This document shows positions 53,707-64,000 of a stretch of 64,000 nt of DNA, piece after piece (the first letter of the stretch is position 1; every line of letters starts with the position of its first letter). Source of the stretch: an uncultured Nitrososphaerales archaeon (GTDB taxonomy: Archaea; Thermoproteota; Nitrososphaeria; Nitrososphaerales; Nitrososphaeraceae); NCBI GenBank assembly GCA_963709405.1, contig CAVPXM010000055.1:1-64000 (forward strand), in the 5' to 3' direction. The translations under genes were made by a program, and so were the position numbers. Below the pieces are notes generated by a model. The model was not told the origin of the DNA and ran no database searches. It was given only the letters and a program-made list of their open reading frames with translations.

Positions 53707-54738
53707 TTAGTTTGTAATAACTACTTTCATCGTATCAGTTGCCCTGTGTGCCTGTTTGACTGCACTAGCAGAACATTGTAATTTAAAGCGATGTGTTACC
53801 AAACCCTTCATATTTAGACGTCCATTAGTTATCAGCTGTAAGGCTAGATTTGTCTCTATCTCTGATGCCGCATAGCTCGGCACGATACAATGTTCGTTCG
53901 CATAGATCCGTGATAAGTCTAGCGATATCATTACATCCTTTGACGGAACTCCGAACAAAACTATTGTCCCAGCCCTTCGTGTCACGTCTAAACCGCTTCG
54001 AATGGCTGCCGCATTGCCAGTCGCGATAATCGACACATCGACGCCCCTCTTTTCAGTCAAGTCATCTACCAAATTCTTTAATGACATATGATTGGCGTTT
54101 AAAGTCTCAAAGTCTCCGAATTTCTTCGCAAAATCTAGTCTGAATTGATTAAAATCGATAATTATTACTTTACTCGCCCCAGAGGATTGGACAAGCATGG
54201 AAAGCATTACACCTGCTGGTCCGGCCCCGAATATGGCGACTTTATCCCCATACTCAAATCGGCTATGCCTAATAGCTCTGAGACAACATGCTAATGGTTC
54301 GATCAGCGAAGCTTCCTCGAAGGAAACATTACTCGGTAGCTTTATCACACCCCCTCGATCAATATTCCATTGAGGGACTAAGAACTGCTCAGAAAGGCCA
54401 CATGGCTCTATATTACTTTTTTGGTACATGGAACACATGGTAGAATTGCCGTGTAGGCAGAAGTAGCACGAAGAACAACCGACATGGTGATGCACGAATA
54501 CCCTTTCACCCTCTTGAAAGTTATGTACTTGATCCCCGATGCTAACTATCTCGCCAGCGGGTTCGTGTCCAAGCCTACCAGATCTCATTCCGTACCTTCC
54601 ATAAATTTTCTCTAAGTCAGAGCCACACAATCCGCACGCCCGCATTTGTACAAGTATGTCTCCACTTCTTATTTTTGGCACCGGGATATCCTTAACTACA
54701 ACACTAGATCTACTTCCGATGAACACTGCTTTCATCAT
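53707..54738 (-). CDS. Zinc-dependent MDR alcohol/polyol dehydrogenase
   Basis: CGLCGSD, GHEPAG, CxxCxxC...C, EPLACC, GAGPAG. Confidence 0.9.
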   Translation of the reverse strand: MMKAVFIGSRSSVVVKDIPVPKIRSGDILVQMRACGLCGSDLEKIYGRYGMRSGRLGHEPAGEIVSIGDQVHNFQEGERVFVHHHVGCSSCYFCLHGNSTMCSMYQKSNIEPCGLSEQFLVPQWNIDRGGVIKLPSNVSFEEASLIEPLACCLRAIRHSRFEYGDKVAIFGAGPAGVMLSMLVQSSGASKVIIIDFNQFRLDFAKKFGDFETLNANHMSLKNLVDDLTEKRGVDVSIIATGNAAAIRSGLDVTRRAGTIVLFGVPSKDVMISLDLSRIYANEHCIVPSYAASEIETNLALQLITNGRLNMKGLVTHRFKLQCSASAVKQAHRATDTMKVVITN

Positions 54739-55292
54739 TCGACTGATTCATTTAGGAATATTAATTTGTACCAAGTCATATTTCCATCACAAGCGTCCTA
54801 TCTTTCATTCAGTAACATATGTCCGGCGACTGTGCGTTTCCAGGGTTCAGACTAAGCGATTCTTATCCCTATTAATTGAATTAAGTCCTTTTGGATCGAC
54901 AACAAAGTCAAAACTACAAATCAATTTGATCTATTTTTCGCATATTTTCTAGGTTTTCTTACAAATATCCCTTTGCATCCTTCACAACAGAAGAAGTAGG
55001 ATTTACCATTGTGATTTAAAGAAACCGCTATCTCCTCATCTAATTCTATTCCACAGACTGGGTCTAAAGGCATCAGTAAAATAATCCTAACAAGACGCTC
55101 TATTTCTAGCTAATCAAAACCTAAGGGCTACTAGATAGGATGCAATTGATTCCAGTACCATCGGGTATACTACGGGAAAATCCTCAACTAGTCGGATATT
55201 GATCTACACCATATAAAGTCACAATAGAAGAGCGATTTGTCAAGTTATTCTGATGGAATAACTCAAATTGATGAATTATGAGATGAACTGTA

Positions 55293-55463
55293 TTGTCATA
55301 TCCTTGCATCGAAATAAGTTGTGGGAAATGCGGTTGCCAAATAAGCAAGATTATACAGTTGAAGGCTATAAGGGATCTTCTTCGTCCACACAACGGAAGG
55401 TGTAAATTCTGCGGGAATTCCTTGAGTTCAACCGACTTCATAATTAATATGGAAAAGCAATAG
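55293..55463 (+). CDS. 56-aa zinc-ribbon micro-protein (not in ORF track)
   Basis: TTG start; SYPCIEISCGKCGCQISKIIQLKAIRDLLRPHNGRCKFCGNSLSSTDFIINMEKQ has two CxxCG knuckles. Confidence 0.72.
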   Translation: MSYPCIEISCGKCGCQISKIIQLKAIRDLLRPHNGRCKFCGNSLSSTDFIINMEKQ

Positions 55464-55634
55464 TCGATCCACAAGAATAGTCCCAATTTATTAGACTGTG
55501 TTGGCTGCAATTACAATCAAATAACGATTGCAGAGGTTATTCATTTTAGGTATAATTAGCAGTCGAATGTAGGATCAAATGTTTATTTATTATCGAGTAT
55601 AACACTCGCCTAATTGTCACTCACCAGGATAAAG

Positions 55635-57015
55635 TCATTCCTTAGATTTCTTCATTGCAAGCAAGAGGGCTTGCAATTTTTGATGCGTTTCATTCCATTC
55701 ATTCTTAGCGACCGAGTCAAAAACAATTCCAGCACCAGCCTGGAGATATGCTCTTTTGGAGTCTAGAAATAAAGACCGAATGGTAATCGAAAAATCGCAC
55801 GAACCGTTACATGAGAAATAACCTAATGCGCCGGCATACGGCCCACGGGCTTCCGGCTCAAGTTCATTTATTATTTGCATCGCCCTAACCTTAGGAGCAC
55901 CTGATACAGTCCCTGCAGGAAAAAGCGCTCTAAATGCGTCGAAAGCATCAAGGTTATCGGTTAGAACTCCTGTAACATGTGATACTATATGTTGCACATG
56001 ACTAAATCTCTTTACTGACATAAGTTCTAAGACATCCACGGAACCATACTTTGAGACCCTGCCTATGTCGTTTCTTGCTAGGTCTACTAGCATGGTGTGT
56101 TCTGACACCTCCTTCTTATCATTGAGCATCTCATCTCCTAACCGCCTATTTTCAGCACTGTTCTTGACTGCTGGCCTAGTTCCAGCTATGGGGAACGTTT
56201 CCAGACGATTATCAGTAATTCTGAGAAGCATTTCTGGACTCGAACCAACAATAAAGGACTTATCCATTTTTAGGAAATACATATAGGGAGAAGGGTTTAT
56301 TTCTCTCAAGTTCTGATAAAATAATAGTGGATCTCCGTCTAGTCTAAACTTTAATTTTCGAGATAAAACGACTTGATAAATATCACCCATGTATATATAC
56401 TTCTTCGCCTTGTTTACCATTTTGATAAATTGGTTCTGAGTTAGATTTGACTTGGGTCGAGAGTAGGAGAATCTTGTTTCCCTATCTGGAATTTTGCCCT
56501 CACTTAATATTCGTTTCACGACCCCTTGTCGACTTTTCTTTCCAATGTAAAAATAATAAACAATGTTCTCCCTGTGATTGAAGATGATCCCGTCTGTATA
56601 TATTCCAAATTCCATAGTAGGGAATTTGGATTCCCTCTGTTTAGAAACTGGAGAAATTTTTTCCCATAAACCAATTGCTTCATAGCTAATATAACCAACT
56701 GCACCACCACAATATCTAAAATTCTTACTTGTTATCCTAGGCAGAAGCGAGCGCAACCTTGAAAATGGTTCATCGACCTTCTTTTCGTAAATTTTCTTCC
56801 TGTTTCGACTTGTTACGGTCAAGGTTCTCTCGCTCATCCTAACAATGTATTTTGGGTCGAAACCGATGATGGATGACTCAGAAAAGCTCTTTCGGCCCAA
56901 CCAACGATTCAAATATGAATGCCCTTTCATAGCGATGATATATCTTTTTAAATAGTTCAAATTGATTACAGTCGCACTCTAATTCTACGACGTTAAACCT
57001 ACTTACTCTGGTCAT
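55635..57015 (-). CDS. trpE: Anthranilate synthase component I family protein, extra T near 56883
   Basis: True N-terminus MTRVSRFNVVELECDCNQFELF...AFIFESLVGPKEL, then GDIYQVVLS, NPSPYMY, PIAGTR, EHTMLVDLARND, PAGTVSGAPKVRAM, QAGAGIV. Confidence 0.88.
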
Positions 57016-57290
57016 CCCAGATTCTCAGTATACGAAGGATTCAATAAATACTATTATTGAATCATGCAAGGCTGATCTAGCGATCTTATTTTAACCCCGG
57101 CTCTGTGGAAACCATATTTTGAACACCGTTAGAGCTTTGTAGGAGCACAATGCAATATGGATGTTGAAAGAATCAAGATATGGTAGGCTGGCTGGCAAAT
57201 ACTATGTGCCGTGTTTTGAGAAATTCAAGGATATCATTGTATATCATAGAATATTAATAGTCAGAGCTATAACTTAACAGAGTATACATT

Positions 57291-57908
57291 TTGCCTTTGG
57301 CGATACTTATGCGACACGGAGAAGCTGAAAATAATGTTAATCGAATTTTGGTGGGCAGACATCTAGAATCCCACTTAACTTCATGTGGTAGACAGCAGGC
57401 TAGCGAAGCGGCTCGGTTAATTCAAGACATCCCAATCAAAAAGATATACGCTAGCCCAGTCATTCGAACTATAGAAACTGCTGAAATCGTTTCTAAGATC
57501 CTAGGGATTTCGTACGACATCGATGAACGGCTTTATGAGATTGATCTTGGAAATTTGGTAGGAATGAACTATGAAGAAATAATTAGGAAACATGGGAATC
57601 TCTTCTTAAAATTTTATACAGAGGAGGATCCGACCCTGGCCGACTATGGCGTAGAAAGTTTTTCATCAGTGAAGGAACGAATGACCAGCCTGCTAGAGGA
57701 GATCAGGGAAAATTACGCAAACGAAAATATTTTGATGGTTACCCACTTGGATCCAATTAAGGCTGCTATATCGGCATTGTTTCATTTAGATCCTGAGGCG
57801 TTATATCATATCAGGAATGCTTCCCTCACAATCTTGAAAAATGAAGGTAACCTGTATTCACTATTTGGGGTAAACGTGATGAACATTGATCGGTATTTGA
57901 ACGACTAG
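57291..57908 (+). CDS. Histidine phosphatase (phosphoglycerate mutase family)
   Basis: MRHGEAENN, ASPVIRTIETA, ERLYEIDLG, MVTHLDPI. Confidence 0.9.
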   Translation: MPLAILMRHGEAENNVNRILVGRHLESHLTSCGRQQASEAARLIQDIPIKKIYASPVIRTIETAEIVSKILGISYDIDERLYEIDLGNLVGMNYEEIIRKHGNLFLKFYTEEDPTLADYGVESFSSVKERMTSLLEEIRENYANENILMVTHLDPIKAAISALFHLDPEALYHIRNASLTILKNEGNLYSLFGVNVMNIDRYLND

Positions 57909-58346
57909 ATTATTTTTGGAAATTAATGGATCATATCATGTGAGGCAAGTTAAATGTCTATCTTGACTGGAATCATATTATTAGATCCCAATTAAACCAA
58001 TAGATTTGGTCTTTAATTTTCCTCTATTACGAATTATATTAGGTTGAAATATTATATAATTAAAGTGGCCAAAATTACAAATTTTTTGGCGAAATATTCT
58101 TCTCAAGTTTGTCATTGTCGATAATAGTGCTGAATATTATTGTCGCAGCGTCATTAATCCGTACTGCCTTTGGCCATTTATCGCACCTTCCGCATTATAA
58201 CGGTGGTGTTTGGGTATCGGGAACTATTATGTCTACCAGGCTATGGATCCAGAATATACGCCTACTAATCAGCCTGCTAAAATGAGTTTTAGCATACAGG
58301 ATTATAATGGCCTGTTATTAGACTAACTGGAAAGATTCATTCGAAG

Positions 58347-59234
58347 TCATGGGACTAGCCGTAGGAGATCTCTTCGGAATCTTCCAAGTGCAGGATAACG
58401 TTCATAAAGTTTTGTTCTATTTATAGAGAGACCGTTCCGTCGTTCATCACGTGAAACGAAATTACTCTCCTGATGATATGTTGTGGCATCGCTTTCGAGA
58501 ACTAGCTTTGTACCATTTTCAAACAGACGCTGTCCGAAATCTATGTCCTCGTAACCATAATTACCATTGAATGTTTCATCCCACAGTCCAACATCAATAG
58601 CATCTTTACGCCAATATGCTACATTTCCTCCATGAAAACAATTGCTTGGGAAAGGGTGAATCTTTAGTTGTTTAAATTCTGGGATTCTCTTGTCTTTACG
58701 AGAAGCTATTAAATTATTCGAAACACTATGGATCTCTGGGAGTGATGATATCAAGGTGAAGTTGCGAGCAATGTCTGCAGGTTGTATATTACTAGCTTCC
58801 ACAAATTTCTTAGGTCCAATCGTTGCAATTTTAGTTGATTTATGAAACCAGACCATGTGCGACTCTAGAAAGCTTGGAGGGCATATCATATCCGCATCAA
58901 GAGAGACAATAACATCATTCCTAGCTACATATATCCCAGCATTTCTAGAGCTGCCGGCACCCCAGCCATTGCTAGAGAGTGTTACCAACTTCATGTTTAT
59001 TTCTCTTTCATACTGTTCTGAGATGAATTTTGCATCGGCATGATTGGCATCAGCTGCTATAATAACCTCAATTCGATCTTTCGGGTAAGTTTGCTGAGTT
59101 AGACTTGTGACAGTCTTTGCAAGTATATCACGTCCAGCGTGAAAGGGAATAACTACGCTAAGAGATAACTCATGCTTACGTGGTTCTGTTTTCACCTTAT
59201 GTTCTATGTCCGTGTAGTCATTAAATAATCCCAA
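58347..59234 (-). CDS. GT2-family glycosyltransferase
   Basis: LSVVIPF, RNAGI, SLDADM (DxD), GLWDETFNGNYGYEDIDFGQRL. Confidence 0.88.
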   Translation of the reverse strand: MGLFNDYTDIEHKVKTEPRKHELSLSVVIPFHAGRDILAKTVTSLTQQTYPKDRIEVIIAADANHADAKFISEQYEREINMKLVTLSSNGWGAGSSRNAGIYVARNDVIVSLDADMICPPSFLESHMVWFHKSTKIATIGPKKFVEASNIQPADIARNFTLISSLPEIHSVSNNLIASRKDKRIPEFKQLKIHPFPSNCFHGGNVAYWRKDAIDVGLWDETFNGNYGYEDIDFGQRLFENGTKLVLESDATTYHQESNFVSRDERRNGLSINRTKLYERYPALGRFRRDLLRLVP

Positions 59235-59469
59235 TTATAGATATCCTCCCCCGATACAATTATTTCATTCGTTCACAAAATCTATAAACATTACGTGCGT
59301 GTGTGTGACCCTAGACTATTGATGAGAATAAAAAATTCATGCGTCTGCATCAACGGCATAGTCCAATTGATAGGTTAGGATTCCATATATTACAAGGTCA
59401 AGGCCCCAAATAAAAGGCTAGAGTTATGCAATTTGGTTCCCATTTGTAAATTTTCATAAGCCGAGTCAA

Positions 59470-59830
59470 TACCGAAGATTACTATTCAAATTATTATGCA
59501 ATAGTCAAGTTTTCCATTAGATCAGATGTACCCGAAAATACTACGAGAGAAGGATTAGGCAATTCCTGGATTTCATTAATTCTGACCTTGAAGACGATGA
59601 TATAGAAAATCGAACTAATGCATTTGCATATACGGCAATTCAAGAAATAAAATCGGCAGTAGAACATATGATAAGGTTTTTAAAATATCAAAAAAGCAGA
59701 GTTGAAAATGGTGACATAACTGTTGCAACTTTACGTAATTATGTTAAAGCTGTCAAATCATTTTGTGACGTTTGCGGTATTACGATCCCCTGGAAGTAAA
59801 TCACAAGAGGTCTACCAAGAGGCAAGTCTT
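59470..59830 (+). pseudogene. N-terminal remnant of a tyrosine recombinase/integrase
   Basis: IRSDV-RKYYERRIRQFLDFI...IRFLKYQKSRVENGDITVATLRNYVKAVKSFCDVCGITIPWK*ITRGLPRG with a frameshift and an internal stop; no catalytic domain follows. Confidence 0.65.
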
Positions 59831-60435
59831 CAATGAGAGGGTAAAAGAATTGTCACAAATATGGATTAGTCGATTAACTGAAGTGTATGTTTCTGCATCA
59901 ATTTCATACCAGTTGACTAGAAAATCATAACAAGTATATAACAATGAGTAATAGTACTTGAAACATCACTTGCGATTTCGATCTTCAAAGGCTCATGCAT
60001 ATCTAAAATGTCTATTTAATGCTCTGATTGGTCCTCCCCAAAATATCGGAATTGTAGTTAGTGTAAAACCATTCTAATGAATCAGCTATTGTACCCATAT
60101 TTAGGATATTCAAAACTAAGCCAAATGGATGATTTTAATGCGAAATTCTTTAGATCTTTACTTCAATATTGTCCTAATCAATTCCCAGTAATAACCAGAG
60201 TGAATTTCACGACAAGATATCTATCCGTTTGTAGAATTAATGACTTTTAGATGTTCATTTTAATTTCGTGTGGAACGCTTTAGGGTTTCTCGAAGATGCA
60301 TGCGGATTTGCTATACTTCCTTACATATAGAACGCTTATTCATTCAGCCTTTCAAAGCTATGCGTCACTTAGCATTACCTAACACCACTAAATCGTTCCT
60401 AGATTTCAATAATAAATCTTCTGCAGAAAACTCGT

Positions 60436-60792
60436 CTATGAACTGCTTTTGCTTTTTGTCCTTGCATACTTGCTGGCACATTTTCTGGAAGAATAACTCT
60501 TGACGCTACTAATATCTAATCCTCCCAGCCCGTGTTGATATTTTTCCCAAGAATTAGATCTACCAAAGAGGTTATCTCACTTCGCAGATGTTGATGCTGA
60601 TTGTGCATTTAACGTCAGATGAAGAGTCTCATGGCTGAGTAGGGAGCTGGCTATTTCTGCTATTCTACCTTCACTATCGTATAATTGCCAAGATCTATAA
60701 TTAGAAATAAAGGCACGAGATTTTCCGTAGTAATGAACGTACATTAAGCCACGTTTGCCGGCTGCCCCACGCATGATAAGATCGACCACCAA
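60436..60792 (-). pseudogene. HExxH-motif hypothetical protein with internal TGA
   Basis: LLSHETLHLTL...SAK*DNLFGRSNSWEKYQHGLGGLD continues in frame past the stop at 60577-60579. Confidence 0.4.
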
Positions 60793-61009
60793 ATTCCTCG
60801 TCTCGATTTGATTAATGCATATCTATTGATTAATCTATCCTTGAAAAAAATGTCAAGTAAGTATGTTTTCTTTGTCAGATTTACAAAATTGTGCTATCTA
60901 TTATTTAATAGAGATTCAGATACAAAACTATTTTATCAAAATTATCCGATATAGATTCCGGCTCTTGTTAAATTCACGGTTTTCTATAGCTCGATGAGTA
61001 GATATTTGT

Positions 61010-61220
61010 GCGCATATTAGAAAGTTTTGGATGATTCCAGAATAATGAAAGGAGGAAGGATTACGATGCCTGAGAAAGCGAGAGGAAAACTAGGCATAAA
61101 GGATGGTGATTTCTTTCCTTTTTTTTATTGATCAAGAATGAACTTGTAAAGATAGAGAAAGTAGAATTTGATTTGGATAAAGAAACTAAGCACTTAGAGA
61201 AGTTAGGAAAGAAAAATTAG
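61010..61220 (+). pseudogene. AbrB/MazE/SpoVT-type DNA-binding protein, frameshifted
   Basis: KVLDDSRIMKGGRITMPEKARGKLGIKDGDFF followed by a T-run and stop; no clean start. Confidence 0.6.
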
Positions 61221-61432
61221 TGTAAGTTAACATGGTTTAGATTGTCTATGGTTAGTTTATGTTTTACATACAAATATCAGACAAACCGTTTTGTTTGTTT
61301 TAAATAATTACAACGTATGACATAAGATTAGGTAATACCTAATCTAAGATTAACCTGATTATCCTTACAATCGAAAATTCTTATACTAGATATATATTTA
61401 CATTCCATTCAATAATATTTGAGAAAAATAGC

Positions 61433-62833
61433 TTGCGAACAATTTTGAATCGTAAAAGTCTTGAAGCTGTTAATAGAAATTCTAAGTCAATTCATTTCGC
61501 ACTTTCAGCAATAGAAGCTGCCATGAGGTCAGTAGATCCGGTACTTTTAATCAAGAATAATATGAAGTTGAAGGGTCATAATCTCATAATTACCGATCTC
61601 TTTAAAAACATAGTTAATATTGATTTATTTACTATTCAAAGGATCTATATTATCGGTGCCGGTAAGGCTTCAGGCAAGATGGCACTTGCGGTCCATAGAT
61701 TACTAAGGGAGAGGGAGGTTGAAGGAGCAGTGAATGTACCTTACGGTTCGAATATGCGATCTGATGCAATTTCAATAACCGAAGCCGGACATCCAATACC
61801 GGACGAGAACGGTATAGAGGGTACTAAAAAAATATTAGGTATATTAAAGAAGACACACAAATTCGATCTTGTCATTGTTCTAATTTCTGGCGGTGGATCT
61901 GCTCTATTACCGATGCCAACACGAGGAATTTCATTATCGACCAAGCAATCAGTTACTCGCTCTTTGCTGTTGGCGGGGGCTTCCATCGAAGAGGTCAATA
62001 CTGTACGAAAACATCTATCCGAAGTTAAGGGGGGAAGGCTTCTTCAACATTTTCGTGAGAGATGTAGAGTTATATCAATAATTATTTCTGATGTTATAGG
62101 CGATGACCTAAGCATAGTTGCCTCTGGTCCTACTTTTCCTGACTGCTCCACGTATCAACAAGCCGTGGAAATCCTCAAGAAATATCTAGTATGGGATAGC
62201 AGTATGGCAGGAATTGTTACTGTCAAAAAGGTCATATTAAAGGGAAAGGATGGTGGAATTCCAGAAACTATAAAAATTGGGGACCAGGTTTTAACTAATG
62301 TTAGTAATATCATAATTGGTAACAACGAATTGGCATGCAAAGCAGCAATGAAGACGCTTAATAGGATGAAAATCAATACCATATATCTGGGTTCGTCGTT
62401 CGGCGGCTTAGCCATTGACCACGGTAGGTATCTTGCCCATCTAGCCAGCCAATTCTCTTCAAACTGTCTACCATCAGCATTTGTATTAGGTGGAGAGACT
62501 GTTGTCAAAGTTAGCAATGGCCATCTAGGTGGAACAGGAGGGAGAAATCAAGAAGCTGCACTGGCTTCAGCGATGAGTTTCAAATACAAAAAAGATATGG
62601 ATCTAACAATTTGTTGCCTAGGTACGGATGGGATAGATGGCAATTCTACATACGCGGGTGCAGTTGTAACCCCCAGAATTTTTCGATTAGTACAGGGTAG
62701 GAAAGAAAAATATAAGGGATATTTGGCTGAACATGATACTAGCAATGCATTTAGAGAACTGAAATCCTTGATCGTTACTGGAAGGACAGGTACAAATGTT
62801 AATGATATTTCTATAATGGTTAGAGTTAAGTAA
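61433..62833 (+). CDS. Glycerate 2-kinase (MOFRL family)
   Basis: GAGKASGKMA, AGHPIPD, LISGGGSAL, RKHLSEVKGG, SDVIGDD, ASGPT, GGETVV, GGRNQE, TDGIDG, TGTNVND. Confidence 0.93.
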   Translation: MRTILNRKSLEAVNRNSKSIHFALSAIEAAMRSVDPVLLIKNNMKLKGHNLIITDLFKNIVNIDLFTIQRIYIIGAGKASGKMALAVHRLLREREVEGAVNVPYGSNMRSDAISITEAGHPIPDENGIEGTKKILGILKKTHKFDLVIVLISGGGSALLPMPTRGISLSTKQSVTRSLLLAGASIEEVNTVRKHLSEVKGGRLLQHFRERCRVISIIISDVIGDDLSIVASGPTFPDCSTYQQAVEILKKYLVWDSSMAGIVTVKKVILKGKDGGIPETIKIGDQVLTNVSNIIIGNNELACKAAMKTLNRMKINTIYLGSSFGGLAIDHGRYLAHLASQFSSNCLPSAFVLGGETVVKVSNGHLGGTGGRNQEAALASAMSFKYKKDMDLTICCLGTDGIDGNSTYAGAVVTPRIFRLVQGRKEKYKGYLAEHDTSNAFRELKSLIVTGRTGTNVNDISIMVRVK

Positions 62834-62902
62834 TGAGTATTACTATCCTATACAATGTTTTCCTTTGTTAATAGTGATACTATTGTAGGTTTGTTGTGTT
62901 TA

Positions 62903-63721
62903 TCAGGGCATCATCCGTATCGTGACCTGATTATCGGTTACTCTAATTTGCCTTCCGTTGGCAGTTATAACTACTAACGAACCGTCAAAATCGATGTCAG
63001 ATACATATGCTTCATACCACGTGTTATCTTTATTTATAATTAGTACATGCTTATTGATCGTCTCACATCTTTTTTTCCATTCGCTTAAAATGAATGATTC
63101 CCTGTGTTCCAGCTCGTCATAGTAGTAATCTAATTTTTGTAATATTCGTGCTACAAGCTTCCCGCAATCAATATCCTTTCCTAACATTTCGTTCTTCAAG
63201 GAACCAACCTGGTAGGTGTCGCCTACAGACTTGCCAATAAACTTTAGTGACGTGTCGTCTAGATTCGCGTTTATCCCTATTCCGACTATTAGATACTTTA
63301 GCGTCATCCTTTCAGCACCAATTGAAATCAGGATGCCAGAGACCTTCTTTGATTGTATGACGATGTCATTAGGCCATTTCACTTTTGACTCTAATCCGGT
63401 TTCGACACGGATAGCCTCACATACGGAAAGCGAAGCAACGAATGACATGAAGAATGACTTATTCAATGTTATCTTCGGTCTCATAATTAATGAAAGCCAA
63501 ATTCCACCCTGGGGAGATAACCACTTCTTGCCATTCCTTCCTTTTCCTCCTCTCTGTTCAGTTGCGATAATTAATGTTTTGTCTAACTCCAAATTTGTCT
63601 CTGAGAGAAAAACTGCGATATCTTGTGTCGATTCGACTGTGTCATAGAAGAATACTCTGTTGCATGTATAGTTTTTCTTTGTGGTTGCAAAGTAATTCAA
63701 CAGATAGCCATTGCCTCTCAT
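62903..63721 (-). CDS. birA: Biotin-protein ligase without HTH domain; start probably 63721
   Basis: STQD, QRGGKGRNGKKWLSP, KWPNDI, KKVSGIL, VGIGINAN, DGSLVV. Confidence 0.92.
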   Translation of the reverse strand: MRGNGYLLNYFATTKKNYTCNRVFFYDTVESTQDIAVFLSETNLELDKTLIIATEQRGGKGRNGKKWLSPQGGIWLSLIMRPKITLNKSFFMSFVASLSVCEAIRVETGLESKVKWPNDIVIQSKKVSGILISIGAERMTLKYLIVGIGINANLDDTSLKFIGKSVGDTYQVGSLKNEMLGKDIDCGKLVARILQKLDYYYDELEHRESFILSEWKKRCETINKHVLIINKDNTWYEAYVSDIDFDGSLVVITANGRQIRVTDNQVTIRMMP

Positions 63722-64000
63722 TATAAATGGTGTATTTATCTGTGCGGAGGGAGAGTGTATTAACTCTTTTAAGTAAAAGGCGGCAAGCGGTAGTTGAGCC
63801 AATAGAGTCAGTAGAAAATACAGCTTTATCATTCGCCAAGGAAGTGAATGAAGTAATTAAGCCAGCTAAACTGGTTGAATTCACTGATCTTATGTCTATC
63901 AATACAATGGAAGTATTCTGCTTAAAAGATATCATGAATGTTATTTGGGATTTTGTTTGAATCGGAAATATTTAATCAAAATTTTTGTGAATCAGTTAGG

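Overview
The window has two unrelated parts. Bases 1 to ~5412 are GC-rich alphaproteobacterial DNA (cckA-like hybrid kinase, FliO-like protein, MscS C-terminal-domain protein, dksA, MoxR ATPase). At ~5410-5420 the sequence switches mid-ORF to AT-rich archaeal DNA whose gene families point to Nitrososphaerota (Nitrososphaeraceae-like; inferred, no amo genes here), so the contig is probably chimeric. The archaeal part carries housekeeping genes (carAB, rps8e, scpAB, aCPSF1, endA, nadX/A/C, rps30e, rpoE'/spt4, ilvBH, leuB-family, trpE, birA), cupredoxins, surface proteins and two patches of decayed genes. Many genes have single-base frameshifts that look like long-read errors. The main finding is different in kind: carB is interrupted inside the conserved GEAGE|FDYSG motif by a 31-nt stop-containing insert (11515-11545) that folds into a bulge-helix-bulge. 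Cutting at the canonical splicing-endonuclease positions restores the frame exactly, so this is a candidate archaeal mRNA intron in a metabolic gene. A broad-specificity-type EndA is encoded in the same window. Other leads are a two-domain SDR resembling the aldehyde-forming half of Chloroflexus malonyl-CoA reductase, a well-formed C/D box sRNA, an RTX-cupredoxin fusion with Asp at the copper Cys position, and several unannotated micro-proteins.
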